Made by a program: the position numbers and the translations under genes
Notes under the pieces: model-generated
Database searches by the model: none
Seen by the model: the letters and a program-made list of their open reading frames with translations, nothing else
Told to the model about the DNA's origin: nothing
NCBI RefSeq assembly: GCF_006345805.1
Contig: NC_043007.1
Span: 55,304,001-55,368,000 of the forward strand
Length of the DNA: 64,000 nucleotides
Source: Octopus sinensis
Taxonomy: Eukaryota
Direction: 5' to 3'
Shown here: one piece after another, positions 12,701 through 26,544 of the stretch
Position numbering within the stretch: the first letter of the stretch is position 1
Layout of the letters: the number at the start of each line of letters is the position of its first letter

Positions 12701-13896
12701 ACATTTACATATAACATCTCAGAAAAGTAGCAGTAGATTCAATTTAATTTGAATGAATGAACGAATGTATGAATGAAATGAAATGTATTTTTTAGTTTCT
12801 TACTTTGACAAATAATTCTTTTAAGACACACCCTCGCAACTGCAGTGAGTGAGCAGAAGTAATAGAATACTGATTTCAGGCCTTAAAATAGTTTGTCCCG
12901 ACCGTTAAAAATTTGCTGGGTTTAATTTTGTTTCTATTTTTCGGTACCAGTCAATAGATTTCATAAGAAATTGGTCTTATATCTCGATAGAATTCTATTT
13001 ACAAGATGACTGTTTCATAAAAAATTCAGTATCTGCTTGTGAATTCATGTAGCGCCGCTATCAGGAAATGGGCTATCAGCTCGTTGCTTAGTAGACTGGC
13101 TCCTATTGACTCGAAAAATTATGATGCAAGAAAAATAATATCAACATAACTTAACAACAACCTGTCTTATTCATCCTTTCTGTGGGTTTTTCTTCCATGA
13201 AAGAATGAAATATTTCAGAGAGAAAACTGTTAAGAATTGATTTAAAATCAAGCAATAAAATTAACGAATACAGTCTCTCTTTTTGGAGTAAAAGACGCAT
13301 AGTAAGAAGAAAAAATAAATAACTGTAGTCAAAAGGAATGGTATAGACACTTTGTTTATCGACCGTATAAAGTTGGAGGCATGTCTCAAGTAAGAAACTA
13401 ATATAATTGATGGAATATCGGAATTTGGATTGCTGAATGTCTGAACAACAAACTCATAGAAATAGCGATGAAGCAAATACAAATATTTCAGCTGTTTTAA
13501 GATTAATGTCTGATCAATAGATAAAGAGTAAGAACCCTAGTAAATTCAGTAACAGTTAAGATAAGCGAAGAAAGGCATCAGACACATCGTATACATTCTA
13601 ATCGAAGATTATCAAGTATTTACTTTCTGAGGTGGAAAATATTTTCACGATAGACAAAAATATGGTTATACTTGGAAGAAAATTATTTTAAAGTTTCTTG
13701 TATTTTTACTTAAGGTTGAAAAGTACCGCTAGCAAGCAGTTATATATGGTCCTACCCATCGAAAGGTCAGCGGTTTTAATGGAATATGTGGCAGTTAACC
13801 GTCAAATGTTCAGTTTTTATCTTTGGATAGATACCATTAATGTACTTCGTATACAATGTACATTGATGAGACCTAAATATCTCTAGAACATTCTGT

Positions 13897-13985
<89 letters not shown>

Positions 13986-13991
13986 ATACAT

Positions 13992-14044
<53 letters not shown>

Positions 14045-15195
14045 GTACAAGTATATATGTATACACACACATAAATATCCACGCATACATAAATAGATAA
14101 GGAGACAGACAAGTTGTTGTTATTTAGTTCCAGTTTAACACTGATAGAATAGATGTAAAAAGCAAATGATTTCTCTCAGAAATGACCATTCCGTCTTCTG
14201 TCTTTCGTTCAGGCATTGCGTATTATCCAAAGTTTCCCTCCTCCATAAAACTTTAAAGTGTGAAAGAATAAGTTGATATTTCTAGCAGATCGGATGATCA
14301 GAAAGAGGACTACTTATTGGTGCTCTACCAGGTCTTATTAAAAAGATCATGCTCTTAAGAACGTGCATATCAACCCCATTTTTCGTATTTATTCACCTCC
14401 CGGCATACTAGCAAACTCAAGCAAATTAACACAGACTAACATCGTAGAACTACACTACGCTTACATCAACACATGCGCGCACACATATATTCACTCGCAC
14501 CAACAGGACCGTAAGCGGTATGGACAGCTGCATATATAAACGGAAACAAAGTCTACACTCTCCTACACGTACGCACATATTTTGACATTATACAATACTA
14601 ATATGCATTTACGCAACACGCACAAAGAGAGACAATTACTCGCATACTATATAGTTTGATTGCATCTGTACATACACTTTGAAGACTTACCTCGAGACAC
14701 ACAAGCCCAAAAGAAGAAATAGAGCACATACGCATAACAACAGCACCCCTATAAAATTCCAATTGTCTTGTCCTTTAGGATACACTTCCTCGCCCATTAT
14801 CTTGTCATCTTTAAACAATCCATTTCCTCCCTACACCTGCATACACAATACATGTAAATACATGCAAACTAACATTCACACATACATACACTCACATACA
14901 TATTAATTGCATTTCTCATTGATACTCCTATACGCACATGTTAATATACCAGCACTCCTACGCAAACTACCACCACAGAACTACACTAACCATACACGAA
15001 CATACGCACACGCCAACACCGAAACCGACCAAAAGCCAAGTCAGCTAAAACTAACCGCGTCACATCAAAATTAATTCATACTCACATACACACACATTAG
15101 TTATACAATGTGAAGCTGGCTACACCCAGCTACTCGTTACATTCAAAATGAGCTCTCTGTAGGATATTTTCTTCACATATAAATATACACACTAA

Positions 15196-15410
15196 GGCAG
15201 TGAGCTGGCAGAATCTTTACCGCACCGTACAAAATGTTTAGCGGCATATCGTATGTCCCTACGTTCTGAGTTCAAATTCCACCAAGGTCGACTTTGCCTT
15301 TCATCCCTTTCAGGGTCGATAAAATAAGTACCAGCTGAACACTGGGAGCGATGTAATCAACTCACACCTTCCCACGAAATTACTGGTTTGTGCCAAAATG
15401 TGAAACACAC
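15196..15410 (+). mobile_element. tRNA-derived SINE, second family
   Basis: ggcagtgagctggcagaatc...gttctgagttcaaattcc...gggtcgataaaataagtaccag. Confidence 0.75.
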
Positions 15411-16542
15411 TCTATTCAACGCTCGTATTGTGTGCTCGTTTGAACTGTGATCTCTCTCTCTCACACACACGTGCACATACACACACACGCGCGCGCACAC
15501 ACACTCACAGTCACACACATTTAGATTGGTAGCTTTTATTGAAGAGTAATATCCCGGAATGTGTTGGAGGATCTCTTTCTGTCTCGGTATAAATAGCAAT
15601 TTGTGCGCATAGTTCGGTTTTGTTCCCTATTCTCTTTCTTCTATATCTCATTGACGTATGTGTCGTCACATCCAACAACATCCGTTCTCATGCAGATAAT
15701 ACAGCCTTTCTTTCCAACCCCAACCTTGCATCATGCACTTGCAACCCTGACACCCTACGCTAAATCTTTACCGATTCTATAAATGGAGACTTCGAGGACA
15801 CCTTCCAGTAGAATCTTGTTTCTTTTTACAGCACTTTCCCTTTATCTCCAATACCCACCGAGTACTGCTCATATCAAGAAATTGCCATTGCCTCCTACCC
15901 TGAATACGTGTATCATTCAACTAGAAACCTCACAGTCATTTCAAATATTGGGCTTCACTATCACCGTCGATCGTCCTCAGTCTAAGTCCATTCTTTAGTT
16001 ATACTATGTATACTCGTATGCGGAACTGGTCCCATCCGGCTACTCGTTACATTCACAAGGACGGCATCCAAAAAACTGGCACTTGTTTTCAGTGCTAAAT
16101 TTTCCAGCACTCAAAAGCTTCTCAGAATCTACAAAACTGAACTGAAGCTTACAATGGAGTTGTTCGGGATGGTACTGCTGCTATACTTCACAGATATTCT
16201 GGACAGCATCTAAAGACTTTGATTTTTAACCACTAACAGACACGTATCAGCCTTCTCAGTAGCGTGTTGTCTTCTGTCTGTTTTTTGTCGCTGCTATAAA
16301 GACTTCAGTTCCGCGGAGCGGGTTGGTCTCATATCTCCTTCACGCTCATTTGTCTCTTTATCTCTCGTCACCCTTATTTTGTTCAACCCAGAACATTGGA
16401 CTCTTGAATCTCTTCCTTATTCCTGACTGCATTTACATTTATACACATACATACACACATAAGTAGGGAGATACTACACTACACGCTCACACATAACACA
16501 CATACACAAGCGCATGCACACACACAGACACACAGACACACA

Positions 16543-16595
<53 letters not shown>

Positions 16596-17013
16596 TCAGA
16601 ACACTGGAACCTAAATTCACTGATATTTCGCTGCAGTAGCAAGTATTTGTTAATGCTAGAGGCTATACTGATATGAAATACTTGCATTCATTGTTATAAT
16701 ACTTCTCATAGTAATATTTACCTGAGTAACACTACGGGAAACAATGCCAAATTATTGTATACAATTCTTGAAAGACTCCATCATACGCTCTATTTTAACA
16801 GGAAGCAAACGTATAGGAGTCAATAAAATCATGGTTTCCGCCACATCTTCCTTTCTCCTTTAAAAAAAATCTTTTTTGTTCAATGGAATACACACACACA
16901 CACACACAGACACGCGCGCAAGCACACCGTTTTCCGTATGACTTTCAATATATCTTTTTGTTGTAGTAGCACATTGTGATCAATTTTTAATGATGTAAAA
17001 GAGTAATAAAATG

Positions 17014-17099
<86 letters not shown>

Positions 17100-17121
17100 G
17101 TGAAAAGGAACACACGAGTTG

Positions 17122-19679
17122 ATATATATGAAAAAACAAGTCAAAAATAGAAAATGCTAAAATAATTTTATAGTGAACATTTCAGTACCGGTTTCGGTCA
17201 TTTTGAGACCTTTTCAACTGTAACGATTAAATAATTAAATTTAGAAAAATTAGAAGAAAAGTTTTTTTAAAGGAATATTTCTATAGTAGTGTTCAGATAT
17301 AAGTAGCATTCTGCCTTTCTCTGACTCCCTTGTTTGCACTTGTGTGTTGGAGGTCGTTGTGAGTTCTTGGTAGGGTAGTAGAGGAAGGAGGCTGATGAGG
17401 AAAGGGGGTGGGAGAATCTGGGAGTGCCCTGATGGTCGTATTTTGAATGGTCAGTGGCGGCTGGCAGTCGCAGTTCAATTCAGGAGAATATTTCTATTGA
17501 AAGGCTTGTTTATAGAATTTGCGTAGGTGTTATACTAAAAAACATTAGTGACAAAGTTAAGGGGTAGAAGGTGGAGAAGTAGAAGAAGAAGAAGAAGAAG
17601 AAGAAGAAGATGACGATGTTGATGATGATGATGATGAAGAAGAAGAAGAAGAAGAAGGAGAAGGAGAAGATGACGATGATGGTGATGGTGGTGATGGTTA
17701 TGACGACGATGTTGATGATAATGATGATGATGAAGAAGAAGAAAAAAACAGAGAAGGGAGAATATGAATGGGTTAAAGTAGTGAGGTGTTGTATGACTTG
17801 AAGTTGGCATGTTGTGGATTATAGCTGTGATTTTAGCTGTGATTAGTAATGGATTCTTTGGAATGTAATATTTGTGTGTGAATATTTCTTTTATTCTAAA
17901 GTTGAGGTATATTAATTGTTTGTCGTAGGCCCGTTAAGAAGTGGCCTGTATTTTGCAATAAAGAGAGTTTCTTTACTTATTCGTTGTCTCGAGGTTGTAT
18001 CGTCCCTAAATTGGTAGAGGGGGAAAATCCTGAAGCTTGGTGTTTTTTGTTGGCGCAAGTATCTATGTGTTGGCTAAAAGCTATTTTTCTGTTTTGGGGA
18101 ATTTTTATCTGGGATCTGTGTAGGGCCATTCGTTTACGCAAACTATTTTTTGTTTGGCCTATGTACTGCTCTTGACACCCGGAGCAGGTTAGTGAGTATA
18201 TTAGGTTCTCCGAAGCACATGTGAAGTTGCTTTTCACTGTAAACCGTTGTCCCTGTTTGAAGGAGAACTCTGATCCCTCAATTAGATAGTCGCATATCCC
18301 GCAATTGGGTCTTCCACATTTTTTTTACTGTCGGCTTCTGTGTTGAAGAGTGAATTCGGGCTTGTGTTAGGAGACTTTTCATGGATTTAGGCTGTCTCTT
18401 GCTTTTTATGATCGTGTGTGATTGGAGGATTGTGTTCATTCTGTGGTCTTTTTTTAGGAGGGGTATGTTGTGGAGGATGGTGCCGAAGGCTTCGTTATTG
18501 AGAGGGTTGTGTGTGGAGATGTATGGTAAGGCTTTTGGTTGTAAGTTTTTCTTTGATTTGGGATGTCTCAGTTCCTTGATGTTAAGTTGAAGGGCACGTT
18601 GAATGCACTTGTCAATAAGTGAAGGTGGATAGTTCCTGGTGATAAGGGTATCTTTTAGTTCTTGTAGTCGTGTGTCTCTGGTGTTTGCGTTCGAGACTAT
18701 AGTGCATATCCTTTTTGCTAGGTTGAAGGGGATATTCATCCTGGTGTGTCTGGGGTGGCATGAATTGAATGGAAGATATTGCTTAGAGTCTGTAGGCTTA
18801 TAGTATATGTCTGTTTCTATTATATTATTAGCTTTCTTAATGAGGATATCGAGGAAGGGGAGTTGTTGCTGGCTATATTCCATCGTGAATTGGATGTTTA
18901 GAATAAAAGAAATATTCACACACAAATATTACATTCCAAAGAATCCATTACTAATCACAGCTAAAATCACAGCTATAATCCACAACATACCAACTTCAAG
19001 TCATACAACACCTCACTACTTTAACCCATTCATATTCTCCCTTCTCTGTTTTTTTCTTCTTCTTCATCATCATCATTATCATCATCATCGTCGTCATAAC
19101 CATCACCACCATCACCATCATCGTCATCTTCTCCTTCTCCTTCTTCTTCTTCTTCTTCTTCATCATCATCATCATCAACATCGTCATCTTCTTCTTCTTC
19201 TTCTTCTTCTTCTTCTTCTTCTTCTTCTACTTCTCCACCTTCTACTCCTTAACTTTGTCACTAATGTTTTTTAGTATAACACCTACGCAAATTCTATAAA
19301 CAAGCCTTTCAATAGAAATATTCTCCTGAATTGAACTGCGACTGCCAGCCGCCACTGACCATTCAAAATACGACCATCAGGGCACTCCCAGATTCTCCCA
19401 CCCCTTTCCTCATCAGCCTCCTTCCTCTACTACCCTACCAAGAACTCACAACGACCTCCAACACACAAGTGCAAACAAGGGAGTCAGAGAAAGGCAGAAT
19501 GCTACTTATATCTGAACACTACTATAGAAATATTCCTTTAAAAAAACTTTTCTTCTAATTTTTCAAAATTTAATTATTTAATCGTTACAGTTGAAAAGGT
19601 CTCAAAATGACCGAAACCGGTACTGAAATGTTCACTATAAAATTATTTTAGCATTTTCTATTTTTGACTTGTTTTTTCA

Positions 19680-19685
<6 letters not shown>
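17122..19685 (-). mobile_element. Penelope-like element (Neptune-type): RT C-terminus plus GIY-YIG on the minus strand, with an inverted pseudo-LTR (~775-bp arms at 17122-17900 and 18897-19685)
   Basis: ORF 18278..18925 (QFTMEYSQQQLPFLDI, DIYYKPTD) and ORF 17977..18237 (IYSLTCSGCQEQYIGQT...LRKRMALHR). The arms are near-identical reverse complements flanked by TA repeats. Confidence 0.9.
19588..19625 (+). ncRNA. Minimal type I hammerhead variant (U3/A8) in the PLE pLTR; mirror copy at 17183-17220 (-)
   Basis: CAG UUGAAAA GGUC-ucaaaau-GACC GAAAC CG GUA CUG; palindromic stem III ACCGGU. Confidence 0.75.
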
Positions 19686-19754
<69 letters not shown>

Positions 19755-20382
19755 TAAAAATGAGGGTGTCTAAAAGACACCAACATGCCGAAATAGCAGT
19801 CGAAACACTGACTATAGTACCACGTTAAATGTTCATATCGCACCATGAGGTAAAGCGGAGGGACAAAACATACAAGCAAAAATTATTGAATAATTCAAGA
19901 TCCAAGGATTTCTGGTTCTGCTTTAGATAAGCTTTACCGTCATCAATTGAATATATCAAGGGTACATCAATACAGATATATATATGCACAGCAAACGATA
20001 TACTTACATATACGAGCGTCGTACATACATATCGTACTTACATATCGTACTTATGCGGTGATTTGGAGGGCGATTCAGACTGGCTGTGTCCATATGTGCA
20101 TATGTATGTATGTACGACGCTCGTATATGTAAGTATATAGTTTGCTGTGCATATATATATCTGTATTGATGTACCCTTGATATATTCAATTGATGACGGT
20201 AAAGCTTATCTAAAGCAGAACCAGAAATCCTTGGATCTTGAATTATTCAATAATTTTTGCTTGTATGTTTTGTCCCTCCGCTTTACCTCATGGTGCGATA
20301 TGAACATTTAACGTGGTACTATAGTCAGTGTTTCGACTGCTATTTCGGCATGTTGGTGTCTTTTAGACACCCTCATTTTTAA
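19755..20382. repeat. Fold-back element: ~275-bp near-perfect inverted arms with a ~75-bp spacer
   Basis: aaaatgagggtgtctaaaagacacc...gtacatacata versus tatgtatgtac...ggtgtcttttagacaccctcatttt. Confidence 0.85.
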
Positions 20383-20478
20383 TTGTTAAAAATTTTTTTT
20401 ACCTTTGTAAGGTATTTCTTTCATGCTGGCCACTTGATAATTTCGACACTTAAATATCGATATTATCCTCATATATAA

Positions 20479-20518
<40 letters not shown>

Positions 20519-20550
20519 GTATGGATGTATATATTTATATGTATATATGA

Positions 20551-20585
<35 letters not shown>

Positions 20586-20647
20586 CATTTATACATATGT
20601 ATATATATGTGTGTTTATATATATGTATCTATCTATCTATATATATT

Positions 20648-20727
<80 letters not shown>

Positions 20728-21029
20728 CACATAAATCTCTTATAGTATATCGTTACGTTGTAAAGACAAAGTGTGCTCAGCACTATAGAGTTTAAGAAAA
20801 TGCTATTTCACACACAATAAGAATAAACACGCAGAGTACATGTGGAACTACGAATATTTATATGAGCTCTCATATATAAATTCTAACTGTATGTTGTATA
20901 TATATTCTAAATATCAAATTGCGTTATCATATGCTCTTCATAAATTTTTGATCTCTTTGATTTTACCCACTGTTATGAAATTATAAATTATAATGTGAAG
21001 TAAACAGGAAACCAGTTTTCATGTTGCAC

Positions 21030-22760
21030 TGAATGGGTGAAGTTCATTGTTAAAATGAGGTGTGGGGGTGTGCTATAGTTATTAGCCAAACCCGAAACTA
21101 TGACAAATTGGCTACACCCTGGCAAACTTTATAAATAGAGATAATTTTATCCCCTAGTTTTTTTTTTTGTGACAGTTTTGTTCAATTGGTGTGTTGTTCG
21201 AGTTAGTGAGCTGAAAGTATGTATGCTCCATGTGAGTACTGTAATTCTTAACCTGTTATTGTAAGCCTGTTATTTCCTGAATTGCTGAATTTGTTGAAAT
21301 TTTTATTTGTATACCCCATTTTATGGGTGAAGTAAGGAATAACAGACCAGTGCAAGTGGGCAGTTATGCTGCAGTGACTGGCAAAAGCCTGTCAGCGGAG
21401 TTACTGCAAGTCCGTGAAATAGAAGTTAATGACAAGAATTTCAAGAAGTATAACGACTTGTTGAAAAAGGCGGGAGACTGTCTTAGGCTGACGTCTCCCA
21501 AAGAAGTTATTGAGAATATCGAGAAAAGAACTATTATCTACAAAACGTTAAACATAGCAGCGAAGAAAGTAGAAATAGCAGCGACGGAAGCAGTAGAGGA
21601 GTGTTTGAGAGAGGTGAAGGACTGTACCACGTTCTACACCAGAGGACGGAAATTCGGCACGATGGAGGTGCGCTTTGTAAACGAAAATGAAGCAAAGAAT
21701 ATTCCGCTGTGGCCTTGAGATCAGCTGAGTGGGCAAACGTGCGGAATGAGTAACGATAGGTAGAGTGCCCCCTGACATTGACGAGGCATGACTGGTGGCA
21801 GCCATCCTCTACCATACAGAGGAAGATGCAGAAATTTTGAAAATGTCCAAAACTACGGAGGTGAACTGTGGGGATATGGGTTAGAGGTGACAGTCCATAT
21901 AAGTCTGCCAGACCTCCATAAGATCGTAGAAGAGCTGGTTTTGCTGGATGAGACTAGATTGAGGATTGTTGTGGAGGGTAGACCTCCAATATGTTTTTTG
22001 TGTGGAGTAAAGGGACACATGAAGGCCAAGAAACACAAGGAGGAAATAACAGAAAAAGAAATTCAAGAAGAGAGTACAACCATAGAGGAAGAGAAAATGG
22101 AGGAGCCATTTACGGCGGTGAAAAGAAAAAAAGAACTTAGAATCACCACCAAAAAGCCCCAAGGAGAAAAAAGAAAGACAAACGAAGAGAAGAATAAGAA
22201 AGAAAAGAGAAAAAAATGGAAAAACCAAATGAAAAATCAAGTGAAATGCGAACTCACGAACCGCCGCCTTCAACTAGCAAGGAAGGAGTACGATAGAAGG
22301 AAGGAAACGAAAAGAGACAGCGAATTAGAGACAGAGATATTTATGACAGATGAAGAGAATGATAAAGGATATCAGAGAACGATACCTACAGGGAGAAATT
22401 TACGAAGCCTCATAGTATATGAAAAAAGCGTCGAAACTGAAAAGAAAGTAACAAAATGAAAAATATTAGAGTGAAAATAACAAACCATGAAGTTAAGAAG
22501 AGTGTGCTGTTGGAGAGAGAAAGAGAACTATTTTGGAAAAAAAAAAAAGAGTTGAAATAACACCATTTCGGTGTTATCTACTTTGGCGGGTGGGAAAGCC
22601 ATTTCATTCTCATTAATTATATTCATAATTCCTCCGATATGTGTTTTCATGTACCCCAATGTATTGCTTTGTCTGTCCTTGTGCTGCCCCCTCTATGTTA
22701 TGGCCGTAGTGTCAAAATAAAGAAAGAAATTTTGCTCAATTGGATTCTGGAAGCTATGAT
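21030..22760 (+). mobile_element. ORF1-only (gag-like, zinc knuckle) Tx1/L1-related element with no ORF2
   Basis: ORFs 21323..21718 and 21788..22459 are homologous to 35996..36754 (RGRKFGTMEVRF; RLRIVVEGRPPICFLCGVKGHMKA). The 3' end resembles the LINE 3' region (tgtcc...ctatg...aataaagaaa). Confidence 0.75.
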
Positions 22761-24309
22761 TACCTGTTTACTTCATGCACTTTGTGCTTTGTGTTAGGCA
22801 TGTATGGAATTATTCTATGCTCCAGGAATTCGCCAGAACTTTTTGCTTGTCAGTTTTAAGATAATTTCTGTGTTACATCTGGGTCCAAGGTTTCTACATT
22901 CCAAGGTTCGACATTCCAAGCTTCGAAACGCAAGTTTGAATGCCAAATTGATAGATAGATTTTTCGAAGTCAAGGTTCGAAATCCACTGTCGAAATCCGA
23001 GGTTCGAAAATCGAAATTTTACACAATTGGAAATCCGGATTTTATGAAATCCAAAATTTTTGGAATGCTAATTTTGAAAAACCAAATTTGTGTGAGGCCA
23101 ATTTTGGGAAAACCCAAAACCGGGATATGGAGTCCGAACTTCTGAACTGTGTATATATGTTACCCTTGTAACTTTTGACTGCATGTCTGGCGTAACATCT
23201 GCTGTTTGTGTATATATGTGTCTGTATGTAAGCTGTTTTTATACTGACCATTAATAATATTTTACAAAAAAATTAATGGTGTTGTGTTTTTTGAAATTCA
23301 CCCTATCCACGTTGATTCTGTGAATTCGGGTCATATCTTCTCTATCTATAAAGCTGAAATACGAAAATTTTGTTTGTCTCATTTTGGGATTGGAACGGTT
23401 TAAGGGGCACTAGATGGGATCGAATTGGCTCCAAAATTTACAGGGACATGTAAAAAGAGGCGAGGAAGTGAGTGGACTAGGTTAGAAAGTCATATCTCAA
23501 AAGCTGTGGTTACTTGGGCAACAAAACCCACACTTTGACAAGTGTTTATCGTTTCTCTCTTTTGTATATAAGCCTGTCTTCCTCCATCTCTCTCTTTCCT
23601 TCCTTCCCTGCACTTTCGCCGTCTCTCTGTCACTCTTTCTCCCACCACCTCTTCCACTGTACGTCTGTCTGTACCTATAGAGAGAAAGTGTTGACATCCG
23701 CAAAAGTTTAAATATTCCCGCCACAGGTCTTTTAGAACGGTGAATTATTACATTGATACACATTGGATTTTTATGTGAAAAGGGGTCTAAATGGGGCTGA
23801 AAGAGGATTAAAATTTACAGGAGGGGGTGTTTATGAATTCTCTGTTACATCAAACTAAAAATTTGCGCCAGCCTTTAAATCGTCAATGTGTTGCCGTCCA
23901 TGATGAAGAAGTTTTGAATGCTTGCATTGGTGAGTCTACTGTCGTGAGAAAGAATGACTTAAAAACTTGGTGTTTAGGAATTTTCTTTTACATCAAGTTC
24001 AAAATTTTGCGCCAGCCGTAAAACTGCCAGTACGTTGCTGTCCCTCGTTAAGAAGTTTTGAATGCCAGCCATGGTGAGTCTACTATCCTCAGATTCTATC
24101 CCTTCAAACTTTGGTTTCCAATATTTTTTTTTTATTCAGCTCGCAAGTTCGTCTGTCCCTTTTAAATGTTACTGTTTTGCTGTCCGCCTTGAAGCAGACC
24201 TTTCCGTTGTCACTGCCTGATATTTATGATTGATGTTTCAAAATATTTTATTTCTCAACTTACTCAAGATCTTTTGCTCTTTGTAAATGGGAGATAGATA
24301 CTTAAGCTA

Positions 24310-24423
<114 letters not shown>

Positions 24424-24579
24424 ATACATACATATATATATATATATTTTAAATTAATAATAGAAGGGTAAAATGTATTAATTAAATTAATTAATTAATT
24501 AATCAATTAATTAACAATTTTACCAAGTAGATCGGTACGTTAAAATAACCTTTATAGGTAAAATTATCCACATAATTAA

Positions 24580-24860
24580 AATTAGTGTTCAGCTAACTGC
24601 TTCACCACATACCGAAATTAGAAAGAGGAGTTAAAAATTTCTTTCCTGCTACTATAAGAATCTCCATGACGGTAAACATACTTTTTTACGAGGGCAAAGA
24701 GAAAAACAATGAATCAACACGACCGAGATTAATTATATACGCGTTTCGAGATTAAAGTAATGTGGTCAGATTAAAGATTCTTATAGTAGTAGGAAAGGAA
24801 TTTTTAACGCCTATTTCTAATTTCGGTATGTGGTGAAGCAATTAGCTGAACCCTAATTAT
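24580..24860. repeat. Imperfect fold-back (~85-bp inverted arms)
   Basis: ttcagctaactgcttcaccacataccgaaattagaaa versus tttctaatttcggtatgtggtgaagcaattagctgaa. Confidence 0.75.
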
Positions 24861-24866
24861 AATTAT

Positions 24867-24915
<49 letters not shown>

Positions 24916-24959
24916 TATATATATATAATATATCATATATGCATACGCTAACACACACG

Positions 24960-24995
<36 letters not shown>

Positions 24996-25158
24996 GAGAG
25001 ATATGTGCGGAGATGTACTTGCATAGCAAGTGACTTGATTTCTGAGATCGTGTACTGAAACAAAAACAATTGCATCCTTGAAGGTTATATGCCATTTAAA
25101 TAGCTTGTAAACACCTTCTACGCTGCAATTGTTATATATATATATATATATATATATA

Positions 25159-26392
25159 TCTTGACTTCAGTAAAGCGTTCGACAGGGTAGACCATAACAT
25201 CCTACTCTCAAAATTGGCAAATGTTGGAATCCGTGGAAAAGTTCTACACTGGATTAAGTATTTCCTGGCGAATAGAACACAACATGTTGTAGTTGATGGA
25301 GTCCACTCAAACCCAGCAAAAGTCACCAGCGGTGTTCCCCAGGGAACTGTTTTGGGTCCGCTACTCTTCATAATTTACGTAAACGACCTTTCCAGTGTTG
25401 TACATTACTGCAAAGTGAAAATATTTGCTGATGACACTAAGCTCCAGCAAATCGTCAATGAAGAAGCAGACCGAACTCAACTCCAGTCTGATCTATATGC
25501 TGTGAGTCAATGGGCAGACAGAAACAAAATGCAACTGAATGAGGGAAAATTTGAGCTGATGCATTTTGGAAGAAATTCCTCACTAAAACAACCATACTCT
25601 CTTCCTTCAGGGGAACCGCTCACAGCCTCTAACAATATCAGAGACCTGGGGGTAATTGTTGATGACGATCTCAGTTGGAGTGCACACATCAACAAGAAGG
25701 TCGATATAGCTCGTAGGATGAGTTCCTGGATCTTAAGAACTTTCCGGTCCAGAGAACAAGGTGTCATCATATCACTCTTTTCCTCCTTTGTACGGCCACA
25801 CCTTGAATACTGCTGCCCATTGTGGTCTCCTCACACAAGACAAAACATCTCCAGAATTGAGTCACCCCAGAGGGCACTCACTAAACAAATTGAAGGCATG
25901 GCTGCTCTCGATTATTGGGATCGCCTTAAAGCCTTGAAACTTTACTCCCTCCAGCGTCGCCGTGAGCGGTACATCATTTGTACGATGTGGAAAATATACC
26001 GCCAACTTTGCCCAAACGACCTAAACATTAGCTTCAAGGTTCATCCAAGACTTGGACCACGGGCTATACGTCCCCTGACCAATTCAAGATCACAACATAC
26101 ATGTACACTGCAACATAATTTCTTTTCCTCAACAGGCCCTGCCCTATTTAACATTGTCCCGAGGGAGATCAAAGAGGAAAAGGATCCCATCAACTTTAAA
26201 CAGAATCTGGATAGATTCCTTCAAAGAATACCAGATAAGCCACCCATAATTGGATACAACTCACCCAACAAGAACTGACTACTTGAACAAAACTTGACTT
26301 AAACAGGATTCGAATAATCCTATCAGGTGGTGCTATTAAGTTAGACATGGCCTGGACCAATCTTTGGTCGAAACATATCTAAGTTTATCTAA
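25159..26392 (+). mobile_element. 5'-truncated CR1-type LINE inserted in (TA)n; RT C-terminal ORF 25214..26278 is open
   Basis: LDFSKAFDRVDH just upstream, GVPQGTVLGPLLFIIYVND, FADDTKL, DLGVIVD, RPHLEYCCPLWSP, LYSLQRRRER. Confidence 0.92.
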
Positions 26393-26395
26393 GTT

Positions 26396-26466
<71 letters not shown>

Positions 26467-26544
26467 GTATATATATATATATATTTATGCATATATATAT
26501 ATATAATTTATGTGCGTGTGTGTATTACATATATATATATATAT

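Noticed and set aside
13698-13886. 62-aa ORF as a candidate exon
   Set aside because: No recognisable homology; splice signals are only suggestive.
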